Source: Balanoglossus misakiensis (Eukaryota > Animalia > Hemichordata). From it: a DNA stretch of 64,000 bases. Position numbers and translations under genes: made by a program. The notes under the pieces are model-generated. The model had not been told where the DNA came from. It was given only the letters and a program-made list of their open reading frames with translations, and did not search any database. The stretch is taken from assembly GCA_040954595.2 (NCBI GenBank), contig CM082596.2, positions 6,522,791-6,586,790 of the forward strand. The letters run 5' to 3'. Shown piece after piece: positions 35,813 to 56,213 of the stretch (position 1 is its first letter; every line of letters starts with the position of its first letter).

Positions 35813-38060
35813 TCATCTGATGTCTTTTGTTGGTTTAAAACGATTTTTAAATGAAGTGCAGCCATATATTTTATTTTTATTTTTTAGAATTGCAAACCAT
35901 GACAAAATACATGCTTTTCACATCAACTCACTTCCCATAACCAGGTAGTGGTCCCCTGTCTATGGCACAACCAATGCATTTGCTCATCAATATTTAAATG
36001 GCCAATTTATAATTCTGCACTTTCTCAGAGAAATATTCTGAGCTTCTTTTTAGCATAACATGGTAAAGTGAAAGTAAAGCTCTGGCTTGTGAGATTAATT
36101 TGTGATATCGCTGATGACGCAAATCTGCTAGCTGTCTACAGCATTTTTGAGTGTCTTTGTTACACATGACATCAAGGAAACCTTGTTTTTTTGGCCGCGA
36201 GACACCACCAACTATAGTGGAATATAATCATAGCGACAGCTCTATTTATTAATAGCCAAATCTTCGCGACTTACGATGAACTATATAAGGTTCCACTGCA
36301 TCACCAGTTCCCTAAATAAACCATGACAATACCTCTGTATTTTTTTTTGAATAATTACTTTATTGTGTAAACTTTTACATCTACAGAAGAACAGATTCTT
36401 TTTTATTGAAACGTTTTCTTTTAATAAAAAAAAAGATGTATGCAATATATCTTCTTGAAGTGCATTTACAGTCAATAAATGGATGGAATGAGTTGTGTTC
36501 TCCACAATCGGTAAATTTAAAACAGAGTCAGTTGGGTTATGTACTCCACCACAGAACACTGTGTTTACCTTCAAATTGATGAAAATATCGTAAAATTACC
36601 CTTTCACCCCTATTCCTCAGTGTACAGGTCCAACCCAAAAGAAAGATTTCAGAAAAGCCTTGCTAATCTCATTCGCCGCCACTGAAATTAACCACGTTTT
36701 GATGCAATATACAGTTTAGGTTCATTACATAAAGTTTGGTGAATGTCAGACAACCATTGGTAAAAATGCAAGTTATTGTGTTATGCCGCCACATGAATTC
36801 ATGTCGTGTGTGAGTAAATTGTACAATGCCAATGTTGTCTTTCCGTCAAATGACTCCAAAGGTAAATTTAGTCAAATAGCAATATTTACATATAGCTGAA
36901 ATCTCATACAAGGGATGGAATCTAACAATAAAATATAATTTGGCATCGTTTCCTATAGTCTTCATGATTATTCGTTTCCATTTAGATGCGCAATTACCTA
37001 CTGTGTAAAAAGTTGGCATTTAATACGTTGAGATCTAAAAAATAAAATTACACTTGTAAGATCAATATTCAGAACAGTTTTCTGCTTGGTGTGAAGAGTA
37101 CTATATACATATAGAAAAAATGCACAATATCCTAGACAAGCATACAACTTATGCATCTTTGGCAAATTTTTGATAAAGCTACTTTTGATTATGCCTTAGC
37201 AAGAACTTTACATGTTTACTAAAAAATGGAATTAAAAGGAATATATGGCTTTAAATAATGTTTTTTTTACTACTGTTGACTATAAACTGAACATCAGTGC
37301 AAATAATATTGAGTGCAATAATGTGCATATTTTATCGTTTCTGTAAAATAATATTTAATACAGGGTACATGATTGTGTTCAAAGCAAGACTGTTGACATC
37401 AATGTGTCTTTCACACGAAGTAGCCATTTTGTCATGAATATTCCTGTCAAATATTTACAAGATACTTCTTGGCATTAAAAAGTGAGAAAACATGTTCTAC
37501 TAATTTAAAAATAAATTAGTCGTTGAGAACATGTTGCTTGAAATGAGAATTGAGCAACTGCCAGTCTAAATCATACTGCTGAGTAGATGAGTTCAGAGAA
37601 ATGGACAACTAAGAATGTCAAATTAAATATTTACAAATAGTTAATTTTTTACTTTAGATTTCTAAGTAATTGTGGTCTATAACATCATACAGCAAGTGTA
37701 TACCATAGTTGTTCCCATCACCACCACTATTTACAAAATATACATTCTAAATTAGTAGCACAGTATTGATATACAATAACCAGTTTAAGTATCTTCACTT
37801 ACTGCTTTGCTTTTCCATAGAAGGCATTTTGCACTTGTCTACACTTGATTTACGGTATTTAGTCTCAATTGAAACTGATCTGTGAACCAGAAAGAGATTT
37901 CAACCATACAGCCAGTCGCGTAAGGACCAGTATGTCATCATGTGCACATCCGTTCAAAAACATAATGTACTCCTAATCTGCAACTTACATTACGGGTACT
38001 AAAGTGGTATATGTAAATGTTATTTATGAAAGCATTCAGAGGAAATACGCTGCATTTCGC

Positions 38061-41000
38061 TTAAGCTAGATAAGCCCGCTTGGATCCACAATTACAGCAG
38101 AACCTGGCGTCTTCAACGGGGTACTTCGTTCCGCAGCCGTGGCAGAACGGCGAAGGTTTGCTGCCGGCGCTGCCGTTCATGGTGGCGTTGGCGGACGTCT
38201 TGGGAGACATTGTCCTCGGCGACATTTGCGGTAGCCGCCGGATGTGACTGGATGCCGGCGATTGTGCGGGGTGGTTTCGTCCGGCCGGGGAGGGGGTGTC
38301 CTTTGTGGCCAGGTCCGGCCTGGGGGTCATGTTTTCGTCCAGTGGCACGGTCCTGTCAACCATTGAGAAACAGAAAAGTAATGTCTGATGAGATAAGTCT
38401 GGTTGAAATGCCTGTCACACTGAATGAAAACCGGTTCAATCTCGTTCAGGCCAGTTGGTACAGGACAAAAGTTGTTGAATAGAAGAATGTTGTTTCTCTC
38501 TCTCTCTCTCTCCCTCATTCCCTCCCTCTTCCTCTCCCCCCCCCTCTCTCTCTCTCTCTCTCCCTCTCTGTATGTCTACTTGGTGTTTTGCATGTGTCTG
38601 GTTACTTTCAACACACTACTGTGGTACATATATATGCCTATGATCTGTTTAGATGCAACTGGCAAGGATATGTCTTGAGTGTCAACTCACGTTTCAAATG
38701 TCGGTGCTTCGACCTGACTCTTTGATTTGGGAGCTGCAAATTTCTTCTGCTGGGACATCTGCTGTCGGGCTTGGCTGGCTTTGGTGGTCCTGTAGCCGCC
38801 TTGGTTGGCGGCGGAGCGCCCAACATTGGCCGATTGGTGAGCGATGATCTCAGAGGTCAGGGCTTCTCCGTCCTGATCGGCGAACCTTAAACGAAAAAAG
38901 TTTCCAGTGATGTTGACCGCTTATTTTTAATTGATGAAATCCCACCAGGAGATTCTAAATGTCTCTGCCATACCACAAAGCTTGAAAGACACTAAAATAT
39001 GTCCAAAATGTGTGTTTAGCCCTTTAACCCCCAGCTCCATCTACAGAAGTCCCACTTCACCATAGCAAACAATGGATTAGGACCAAACCATGGCAGTGAA
39101 AGGGTTATTAAAGCTTTTACGCTGGACTACCTGATGTGTCCCGATGCTTTCATTCGGTTCTGGGCACTCTGCTGAGATCTGTTGGTCGACTTGAGGGCGC
39201 TGGCCGATCTGGCAGCCGAGTACTTGGGACCCACGCCTTCAGTCCTTGCGATGGAGACGTTACCACCACCTGAAACACACACACACAAAGGAGAACCCAC
39301 AGCATTACCACTGACATCACTGTTACCCTCTGTATGCGTCTTTATACTTCAATTCAGAAACACTGAGCACTTGAAAGCTCTGACTGCACATATACTGTCC
39401 CAATCACTGACATGCAGCGACTCAACCAAACAACAACCCAGTATGACTGTTCATCTACTGAGCCATTTAAACTGCTATCCCACCACAGTGATCAAAGAAA
39501 ACTGTTTAATATCTCTATACAGAAAAGGGACTTTAGAATGTACTGGTATTCCCTATTTTACAATCTAAGAGTCAAACGCAAAACATTCTGAACACTCAGC
39601 TGACAACCCCAGTATAATTAGGATCTACATTAAATCATCTGAACTTCCTGCATCCTCTTAGAATTTAACATTAGCATCGTAGATATGTGAAAACAATCAA
39701 CATAATCAAATCACAGCAAAATAAAATCACACTATTAAAGGTCCATTAGCTGTATTTTTTTTTTTTTTGGCCCCCTTTGTCAGTATTTCTGTTCTGTGTG
39801 ACATTTTGTTCTGCTCCACATATGCTTAACCACACAGGATTCTGCTAGTCAGCATAGCCTATGAATGTGTGTAATAGCCAATGAATTGCTGAAAAATACA
39901 TTCCAGTCGGGACTTGAATTCTTCTGTCACTTTTGACTGTACGCACACGCATAGGCTGCGCTGATCAATTAAATACTGGCCACTTCATTCTAGAGATTTG
40001 AACCAGCACACAGCTAACAGAGCTTTAATCATAAAAACCACATAAGGCCTGAACAATGATAAGGTAACGCACATCACAGATAATTTGACCAGGTATTTTT
40101 ACATGACTGTAACATAGAACTGGTCAACAGAGACAGAAGATGATCAACCACACATATATATTTAGACAAACTAGACAGTCAAACAATCTCTGTGTTAGTA
40201 AGTACTAAAGTTGAATTGCTACTAGTGCAGTGTTTTGCCATCCAATAGATGCTAAAGTACATGCATACTTCGGATGAATGATCTACTCTTTCAACGTACT
40301 GTGCCAATTTTGCAGGATTTTTTGTGTTTTTTACTTTTTTGAGTAGAAACTACGTGCTGGAACTCAGTGCAGGCATGCAAACAGCAAACAAACAAAACTT
40401 CAAACAAAACGCAAAAATAAACAATCAACATCAGCCATATTAGTGAGACAAATTTCTGCTGTCTTCATTCCCCAAGACAAAATACATACCTCCCTGGGGC
40501 CTGTGCCTCGATGACGCTGACCCTGAAAATGGGGAGCATTCAGTTACAAGAATTTCTATTGGTTGTGCCAAATCATGTGATCGTCATCTGACTCGTAGCA
40601 CTGGACATGTGATCAAAAAAAGGGATAACCACTTCTACCAAATTTGTTTAGCTGATGAACCATTTCCTGCAAATAGGTGTGTTTCTAAAGCATACAACTT
40701 TTCAGGAAAACAAATGAACCTTTAAAAAAAGCAAATGCCGGCAAACTCAATGATAAGAAAAAAAATCTAACCCTCTTAAATTTTTATAAGCTCCAAAACA
40801 CACACACTGGAATCAATATAACTAAGCACTTTGCAAATGTTAGTAACTACCCTAAGCTTTCAACCTGGTTATTTTCTGCAGTGTTAAATTTTGCACCAAG
40901 CCAAAGCTACCCGTTTGCATGATCTTGTGCTGTACAAGGCATTGTGGGTATGTAAGTGACAGCCCTGAACAGGGTGAAAGGCACATATAGGACAGGCTAG

Positions 41001-44000
41001 GCAGCGCCAAGCAGAGCTTTAGCAAGTGCATAGAGTAAACCAGTTATCTCCCATACACAAGACATGAACTGCCACAGTTGTCTGTCATTTGCATTTCCAC
41101 CAAAGAAGACTCAAAATGGATACACAGTCTAATGTATTAATAACTGCAGTTACAATCATTACTGGTACCTCAAACTGATAATTTGGAAAGTGACGTGAAT
41201 GCCGTAAATATTACCCTGTGATTAGCTCAATGGTACTGTCAAGTGCAACTATACACAGGTGTGGCTGGTCCTGGACATTGAATGCTCTAGATTAGAAATG
41301 TGTAATCCATACTCTGCTAGGTTTTTCGTTGGGTAGACGGGTCACATGGAAACATCTTGAATAGTTACATTCGTAGGTAGCAGACAAACCGTGGCAGCAG
41401 CGAATGCACTGATTGGCTTATTCAAAGTATGTAAACAATGAACATCAATGTAAAGCCATGCGAATATGCAACCAGACTTCCCACTGCCCCCTTCACCTCC
41501 CAAAGTTATGCTTTGCTAACCTTTTAACCTTGCACCTTTGAACTCTGACATACCTGGTCCATAGCCCAGCGCTTCCCCTCGTGTTGGGTAGTCTTGACTT
41601 CCGGGCTGGCCGAATGTTGTTGTGTACATCTGTGAGTCTGCGTAGGCGTAGGGATTGGCACCTGGTTTCTTGCGTATCACTTTGTTGTCGTACTAAACAA
41701 AAAACATAATTAGAAGTCAGAGTGAGAAATTAATTTTTCTTCAGCTTCAACTCAATATTTGTATGGCCGAGTGTACGTTAATACACCAACTAAATACAGG
41801 TATAACCAGAGCCCAGGAGGTCCAATGCTTTGAGCAGCTCAGTATACAAAATCTCTCCCAATAATACATAACTGTTTGAAACCTTGTTAGCACTTACAGC
41901 TTTTCTTGTTGCTGTACTGCTGCCAGACACATCAGCTGCGGCACGTTTTTGTAAAGGCTTCACCGGGGCTCCGAAAGTCTTGGCTCTGTCGGCGCAGAAC
42001 GGTATATGCCTGCCCGCCGCTTTCTGATTGAATCTTCGGCTGCACGTCGGACATTCAACAAAATCTGCCGACAAAAAGAAGCCACTAGTTAAAATACATG
42101 ACAACCACTTAAAGAAGCATGTAACGCTATACTTGTATCAATGATACTGTACATTCATGTGCATCGAACATGCACAAACAACTGTAATCGCAGCACAATA
42201 AAAACATGTTACATATCAAAATTACAATGTACAGTAAACCCTGTCTAAACCAAACACCGAAGGCACTGAAGACTTTTTTTTTTTGCAGAGGTGGTCAGTT
42301 TATAAAGGTTCCTTTAACATGTGGTTCTATGTCAAAGGGACAGGAAAATGTGTTCGGTATAGACAGGTTTCCAGATTAGACAGGGTTCGGTTTAGACAGG
42401 ATTTACTGTATATCCAATACCTGGATTGATTGACGGCGGAGGGGGTGGTGGCAAGGGGGCGCCTGTCTTGATGGCGTGCTGGGCGCCTTTGGCTGATCTG
42501 ATTGCATTGATGAAATCGGCATGTTTCTGCCTCCAGTGGTTCTGTTTCACAGGCTGAGGCTTCCGCAGAAAAACACAAGCGGAAAAACTGTCAATTTCTT
42601 GCTGGTTATAAAATTTCTGTCCATTTAGAGAACTGATCCAGCGCATTCAAATAAAGATAAAAATATAGAGTACAGATTCGTAGAATATGATCGATGCATT
42701 TCATTGCAAAATGTAAATTATGGTTCAGTCTTTAGTATATTGTGTGTAGAACCTCATACGTTATGGTGAATTGAAGTGGCAGTTTTTAACCGAAAACTTA
42801 AAAGTAAGAAAACATAAAACCATTTGTTCGCTTACCTTTGGTTGTTGGCCGGGTCGGAGGGTCTTGCTAACTGGAATTTCTGTTCCTTTCGCCCTCTGTT
42901 TTCCGGAATCAAAGATTTTCCTCCTGCGGGAATTCACCTGGACTTTCCTACAAATTTTTTCATGTTTCACCTTGGGAGTAAAATTAATAATAGGTTGTGA
43001 GCTTAATACAATGCAATCAAATTTTGTATTACTCAAAGGTACAGTAGCCGTAAATTTTGACGTTTCAACAATTTTATTCTGTCTACACACTTTCTATAAA
43101 TAATGTCAAACATTTTGAAGGTTACGTAACTGTTGCACCGGGTCAGTAGGTAGACTTCGAAGTTCTACCAATAACCAAACATATGTCATCTGTCTTCACA
43201 GACCACTGGTTATAACTTATATAGTAAATTTTAATAGCAGTATTTACAGTGTGATATGATAAGTAGCATAGTTCACAGCTAACTTACTAATGATTCTGGA
43301 TTGAAATTCCGCCCGCATACTTGACAGGGGACCACTTCCACGGAGTTTCCCACGCCACCAAATGCTAAACAAGAACATGAAAAAGGAAGTTCATCACTGT
43401 ATCATTCATGCCACGATATTGACTCATTGTCACAAAATGACTCTCCCAGCTTTCAAGTTTTATGTAGGCCAAGGCATGTCCACTTCCCATCAACTTTTAC
43501 GATATCACCGAATCACTCTCAAATTTACATAAGGCTTAGTGTAAAATTTATCCCTAAACCAAACCTCCAATTTTCTTTACATCTGGTTTAATGGGAACAT
43601 CTCTTGCAGAATGTTGCCTACCATTGCTACACAACTTAACAAGCCCAAGCAGTTCCACCCAATGCAAAGATGTCAAAAAATTAGAAGATCAAAATCACCC
43701 AATACAAACTATATCTGAAACTAGTCTGATAGGCAATGCATGTTGTATGCTAAAATAAAATAAATAAAATATTAAAAAAAATAAACCAGCATATTGATCT
43801 TGAGTTATTCACATTTTTGTACATCCCAACATGACGGAGTCTGAAATTGAATATACTCGCCCTCTATTTTGCTCTTTCTATACACAATTGTCATTCTAAT
43901 CAATCAGATTATATGATTTTCCCACCCAACAGTAGCCCTTATTGTGCAAGTACGTCATACCACATATATAAATGCTATCTAAATCTATGTGCATGCAACC

Positions 44001-44951
44001 ACACTGAGCCTACTCATTGGTGACGTGGTTACAAACAGTTTTGTAGGATTTTCAAGTATCCTTATTGCTGATCATAAATTAAAACAATGCGAGTGCAAGT
44101 ATCAAGTTCACCATGACTTTGTGGATGATCAAACATGCGAAACACCCCACCAGTTTATTTCACCTTGTTGCTCGCTGTCTTGTAGCTTCATGATAAAAGT
44201 CTAGTTTGAGGTGTTTATTTACGACAACGACCAATTACGCAATCATCAGACGATGCTTTTAAAGATCGATTGGTGTTTATCAGCAAAGCCAATACAGTAT
44301 GTTGCCACTATTGGGGAACGTTGTACAGTTGTATGCAAAGCTGTTGATCACACATGATTATTACCGTACGTTACGTATCAATCATGTGAAGTGTATACAG
44401 CTCGAGGCGATCGACCGTTTGCAATGTCAGGGGACGAATGTACAGGTCACAGAACTGCCATGTTTTGGCAAATCCGCCATGGTGAAATCCGATCGGATTG
44501 TCAACAGTTGTCTAAACTCAGTTTTCAGTGTCCATTTCTGCAATCGACATGTATATTACACGTCGCACGGGTCGAAATAAACACCAACCAATTGTCAAAG
44601 ATCGGGCGACTTCTCCCCTTCGGCCGTTTGACAAGCGACATTCTGCCATTTCGTGTGATCTATTTACGCAGCAAAGTCAACCCCCGGGTCCTTTTAAAGT
44701 AGGATCAGTCGCATCGTGCATATGAATAAAGTGATATCGATTGCTCTTCAATTTTCGAGTGCCCGAGTGGCCGTCGTGTTTTTGGACTGCCAGTCGGTCG
44801 GCACAGGAAGGCAATGCGGCCAATCGGAACTCGATAACACCCTTCAAAATCTGAGCAACAACGTTTCCATATTTGCTCGGCAAATAACAACGAAAAATCC
44901 CCGCAAACAGTCGGGCGCACGATGAAATTTCAACTTACCTTCGTACTCCAT
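38061..44951 (-). CDS. ZC2HC1A: Zinc finger C2HC domain-containing protein 1A-like
   Basis: Exons approx. 44951-44939 (MEYE), 43364-43288 (VPCQVCGRNFNPESL), 42970-42836 (KHEKIC...RKIFDSGKQRAKGT), ~42559-42421 (WRQKHADFINAIRSAK), 42064-41883 (VECPTCSRRFNQKAAGRHIPFC), 41692-41554, 40522-40490, 39269-39131, 38885-38690, 38353-38061 (FCHGCGTKYPVEDARFCCNCG). Two C2HC fingers plus the family's C-terminal zinc ribbon. Confidence 0.9.
38495..38568. repeat. (CT)n/C-rich low-complexity tract in a ZC2HC1A intron
   Basis: Read directly. Confidence 0.85.
39024..39110. mobile_element. Possible very short piggyBac-like MITE remnant
   Basis: TTAA-CCC...AAGGG-TTA ends. A related fragment (ACCCTTTCACCCC...TACAGGTCCA) appears at ~36598. 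Confidence 0.35.
39739..40024. mobile_element. Degenerate Kolobok-like MITE (TTAA TSD)
   Basis: TTAA|AGGTCCATTAGCTGT ... ACAGCTAACAGAGCT|TTAA: imperfect TIR with purine-purine start. Confidence 0.5.
42232..42408. mobile_element. Tc1/mariner(pogo)-type MITE
   Basis: TA|CAGTAAACCCTGTCTAAAC ... GTTTAGACAGGATTTACTG|TA, with subterminal TAGACAGG repeats. Confidence 0.75.
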
Positions 44952-44983
44952 TTTCACAGCTTGGTTAGCAACACGACAAGGCA

Positions 44984-45032
44984 ACGCGCATGCGCCGTTG
45001 GGTGTTGTCCTCAAGTTAACTTGTGACGTCAG
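44984..45032. promoter_or_regulatory. ZC2HC1A proximal promoter/5'UTR motifs
   Basis: NRF1-type palindrome GCGCATGCGC (~44986) and CRE TGACGTCA (~45024) lie 35-80 bp upstream of the ATG. Motif match only. Confidence 0.45.
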
Positions 45033-46248
45033 CGGAGGTGTTAAAGGTCTCCCCCGATCTCATCTCACAGAGCTGTGGTGTTGTATTTTATTATCACAAC
45101 AAGTGGGTGGGTGGGGTTGCTGTTCTCTGTTGTTTTGCGTGCGCATATCTTGTACAAAAGAAGCTATGGAGACGTCATTGTAATTGTGTCGGGCGGGGGC
45201 CGAGGTCGCGAATTGTTCTGTGGAAGTCATCTTTTATTCCAGACATTGAAAAACAAAAACAAACGAAACTGTTTCTTTTTTTCTTCATTTAAACAATGAT
45301 AGAAAAGAAGACATTTATATACGTTGCAATTTGAACTCTAGACGCATGTGCGCATTATCGCTGACGTGTACGCCATATTATGAGTTATACTCCCGAATAT
45401 TCTATTTTCCTGTTCTTGTTTTTTTCATCCTAATCCATATATACCCCTGAAGTAAATATTCAGCCTAGTAATTTTGGCTTGGAATGGGCGGCTTAATGTG
45501 GGGCGTGACATTCGTTTAGAGGAGGAGGTTTAGAAATCAAATGCAATTAGTTTTTTCTTCTTCTAATTATTCACTGCCCCAATCTGAACACAGTGGTAGT
45601 GGGGTAACTTACAGCAACGTACTAAACATGCAAAAAGTCCAGGCTGAGTAAAAAAGAAATCACTTGAAAAACGAGAAGATGATTTCTTACGACAGATGTT
45701 GTTGACGTGGAAAATGTTCTGCCTTAGGGGCGCCTTTGCCGGTTACAGCAACCACACCCATAAGAGCAGTATATTGAAAGCACTTCTGTAGTGTAACGCG
45801 TTTCACCGACAGCTTTTCTCAAAATTTTCCTCCCGTTCAGAAATTACCAATTAGGTAATAAGACGAAAGGAAAAATACAAGCACAGGTAAGCATATCACT
45901 TATTTATGGTATAGCAAACTTTTCAAAGTGAGTTCAAGAAAACGGAATTGGAGTTGACGTTTGCTGATACCGAAAAAGAGCATGGGATATCCGCAAAGTT
46001 TTCGTACAGATGATATTGCTTATACGGTGAACAAATATATATGGTTTTAAAAAATCCGAAGGCAATACATGCAAAATAAACTTTCTCCTGTTGTTGTTGT
46101 TGTTGTCATTTTTTTTATTTTAGAAAACAGTTCAGCATGTGGCTAAAATCTTTGTCTTTCCATTTCCGATTAATGTAGATTTACCTTTTTTCACTTCCCA
46201 CTTTTGCTCACACGTTGAAGGGCTTGTGTGTTAGCATCGTTCAGGAAG

Positions 46249-53055
<6,807 letters not shown>

Positions 53056-54912
53056 TGACGTCGCCATGGAAATGAAAGCAGGACCGCACCCACCTCTGCC
53101 CTGGGAAGACTGCAAAACAACCGAGCCGGAAGATTAAAAAAAACACCAGACCACGAAGATGCAGCGTTATCAATTGATAAAAATAGGCAAAGACGATAAT
53201 ATGACCGCCAATTTTCACCAGTAACTGTTGTTTAAAATGTTTACTTCTGTAGTAAAAGTGTCAGTACATTGAGAGGCCCTGAAGTTATTTATTTACTAAT
53301 GTATAGTGGCCGAAATTATTTCGCAAAATTATAAGTACGCCATTGCGCGTTCTGTTGAATTTCTAACTGCGAAATGTTCTTCGAAGTTGAATTGGTGTAT
53401 GTGCAAGTGCATGAGATTTGCTGCATAAGCTGCGGTGAAAAAAATGCTTTATTTTATGAACGTATATCTTGTTTGGTGTAGAGTAAATACTGATACCATT
53501 CAATTTTGCCAATTTCATATCAAGTTCACACATTTACACGTACTGATCATTTACATGACTTGACTTGTCTGACTGTTAGAACATATTTATATGCTACATA
53601 TTTGCTGATAACTGCAGAGTAATCAGAAGGCCGGCATTTTTTTCAGAATTCTGCAGTGATGGATTAGTGTATAGTACTGCACAACAAACGCCGTAGATGG
53701 TATAGTCTCCTTCTAAACACCCCTGCGTTTTGTTGGAACTATTTTGGGATATTTGCATGCAGGTAAACTGGTTAGAATTTCCTGACGAATACTGAACACT
53801 ACACACTGGTTGTATTTGTCGTGTCGTTGTATTTGTCGTGTTGTGTTAATCAACCAATATCAATGTGATAAATATATTTTAGATCCCAACAATTGTATAA
53901 TGCAAATAAATGTCACTAGAATACTTGCGTCAGTAGTATTGTCAGCTCCCATGTTTACACAAGGAACTCATCTGTCTGTCTTTCTGTCCGTGTGTGTGTG
54001 CTAATTTGCATGTTTCCCCATGTATTTTTTTCAAAGCACGGGAGCGCATTCCTACAGATCTTATCTGGTTTTCTGAGTTGCTGTTAAAGGTTAAAAGAAA
54101 ACACAGAGAATGGTTGCTGGCACTTTTCACATCGGATGATACAGTTATAAATGTCGTACCTTAGCCTGCATATTTTTTCAGGCGATTTCCCGTTTTCATA
54201 GTTAGTGTCTAAAATTAGGGGGGACTATTTTGGTACAATTGCATGCGGAATTGTTCAAAAATTGAACATTTTGACGCGTTAAGAATGTGGAATTCCGACC
54301 GTGGTGAAATTATTATGCTATCATTGTAGTGAGTGTATTAAGTCTAAGACTTGCCCATACACATAAAGATCTCTGGTTTCGACGAATATGTTTTATTTGT
54401 TCGATGTTTAAAAATATGAAAGTAAAAAATAGACTTGGCGACTTGAATCTATTTTCATAGATGTGAGCATGCATTATACTTAGATGATGCGCCCACGAAT
54501 GGCACATGCAAAAAGGCAATAAAGAAATACCTCAACACGCCCGTTTTCTGGCAGGCCAAACTTTTCTGGCTTGTATGGCGTTACCAGCTAATACTGAAGT
54601 TTTTAATAGTGAGGACTCCACCGTGTACAGTGTGATTGTTTGCGGAATGTTCTAGTGAAGGTCCCGTTTTCGTTTTTCAATGACATAAACTGTAAGGACC
54701 TGCCAAACCTGGCAATATCGTCGAACAAAGGGAATCTTTTTCGGACTGACTACTGCCGCACACTGGGATTATATATCAGTTTTAAATTCTGCAGAACAAG
54801 CTTTCACGCTAGCACAAACAATTCGAGTTCACCTGTTCGTTTATAGGTTTCGCAGATACTATTCGGTGATTTTTAAACGTTCTCAAGGCACGTAAAGTGT
54901 ACATGAGCTTGG

Positions 54913-56213
54913 ATGACGTCACTCGATGACGGAGGGCAGCAACTGTTGCGAGAGGAAAGTGATGGACTGCGGCGACCAGCGCCTGGTGGAATCACGCGCC
55001 CGGAGCGCCGGAACTCCGGTCTGCGGAGATTCAAGCCGTATTTGACGGCTGCCTTTGGCGGAGCCCAGATGGTCGCTGGATTCGTTATGGTTTTGCTCGG
55101 AGTTGGCGCCTTGTTTATTCACAGCAACGTTTATTACGTGGGGACACCGATTATATGTGGAACCCTGGTAAACTGATTTGTTTAGAATCGATACACAAAA
55201 ACGTAATACCAAAACAAGAAAACAGACTTCGTGTTTACAGATATGCACTGCTAAAGTTTCCTGCAGATCAGTAAAACAAATGCCCGGTTATACGTCGAAA
55301 TATTGCAGCCCAAGAGTCACTCCTACTTGGAATTTGTGCGGTTTATGAATTTATGAAAAAACTAATCAAGATTTCACAACAGTCTCTGTTTTTCTCGAGG
55401 GACTGTGAGTTGCCAGAAATCCTCGCCATTTTCCGATTGTTAACGATATTCAATATTATGGTGTATCTCCCTTTGTGTTTATAGTTTGGTGTGTCAGGTG
55501 CCATGGGATGTGTAGCTGCTTACAGGAAGACGAATACCACAGTAAGTTGCCCTTATTACCACACAGGAATCAGACTGACGGACAGACAGAAAGACTCATA
55601 TACATAATATTATGGTTTTTCTTCCATATCCCCTTCAGATATCCGCCTCGATGACACTGTGTATCATATCGGCCGTTGCCTGCTGTGGCCTCATCACTGC
55701 GACAGCATTCGAGATTCAATGCGAGATTCAGAACAACTGCAACCATCGTGAGAGCAACATCAAGCCTACCGCCCTCTGGAGTGGACGAGAGAACATAGCC
55801 AACACAACACTACTACAATGGTTGGCAAGTCAACCATCAGATGAACGAGTGAGTTTCCGGAAACAGTACTTTGTGATCGTTCCAAAAAATAATCTGATAA
55901 TCTCCAAGAGAACTATTAAAGTAATCACCTGCTTCAGTAAAACTGGCGTATGCCGTATAGTATAACCCAAGGTTTTTACTTACCTCACTTCTAGTCAAAC
56001 TTCTTTAAATTTGAAAATTCATGAAATAGAAACCGATCCTGATTTTTTGGCACCTTGCCTTTGTACCCACAGAACGCCGAAGAGGGTTTGAACATCGCCA
56101 TCATGATCCTTACCGCCATGGAAGGCGCCATTGCAGTGTTCAGCGCTTCGTTTGGTTTGTATGCAATGTGTCCATGCTGTGAACATGTTGAAAGAGGAAA
56201 CCAAGTTCACTAG
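54913..56213 (+). CDS. MS4A/CD20-like four-transmembrane protein
   Basis: Exons 54913-55167 (FGGAQMVAGFVMVLLGV...VGTPIICGTL), 55485-55541 (FGVSGAMGCVAAYRKT), 55639-55848 (ASMTLCIISAVACCGLI...), 56073-56213 (LNIAIMILTAMEGAIAVFSASF..CPCC*). All introns are phase 0 and the MS4A motif pattern GxxQ..G / G.P / SG / E..I is present. Confidence 0.83.
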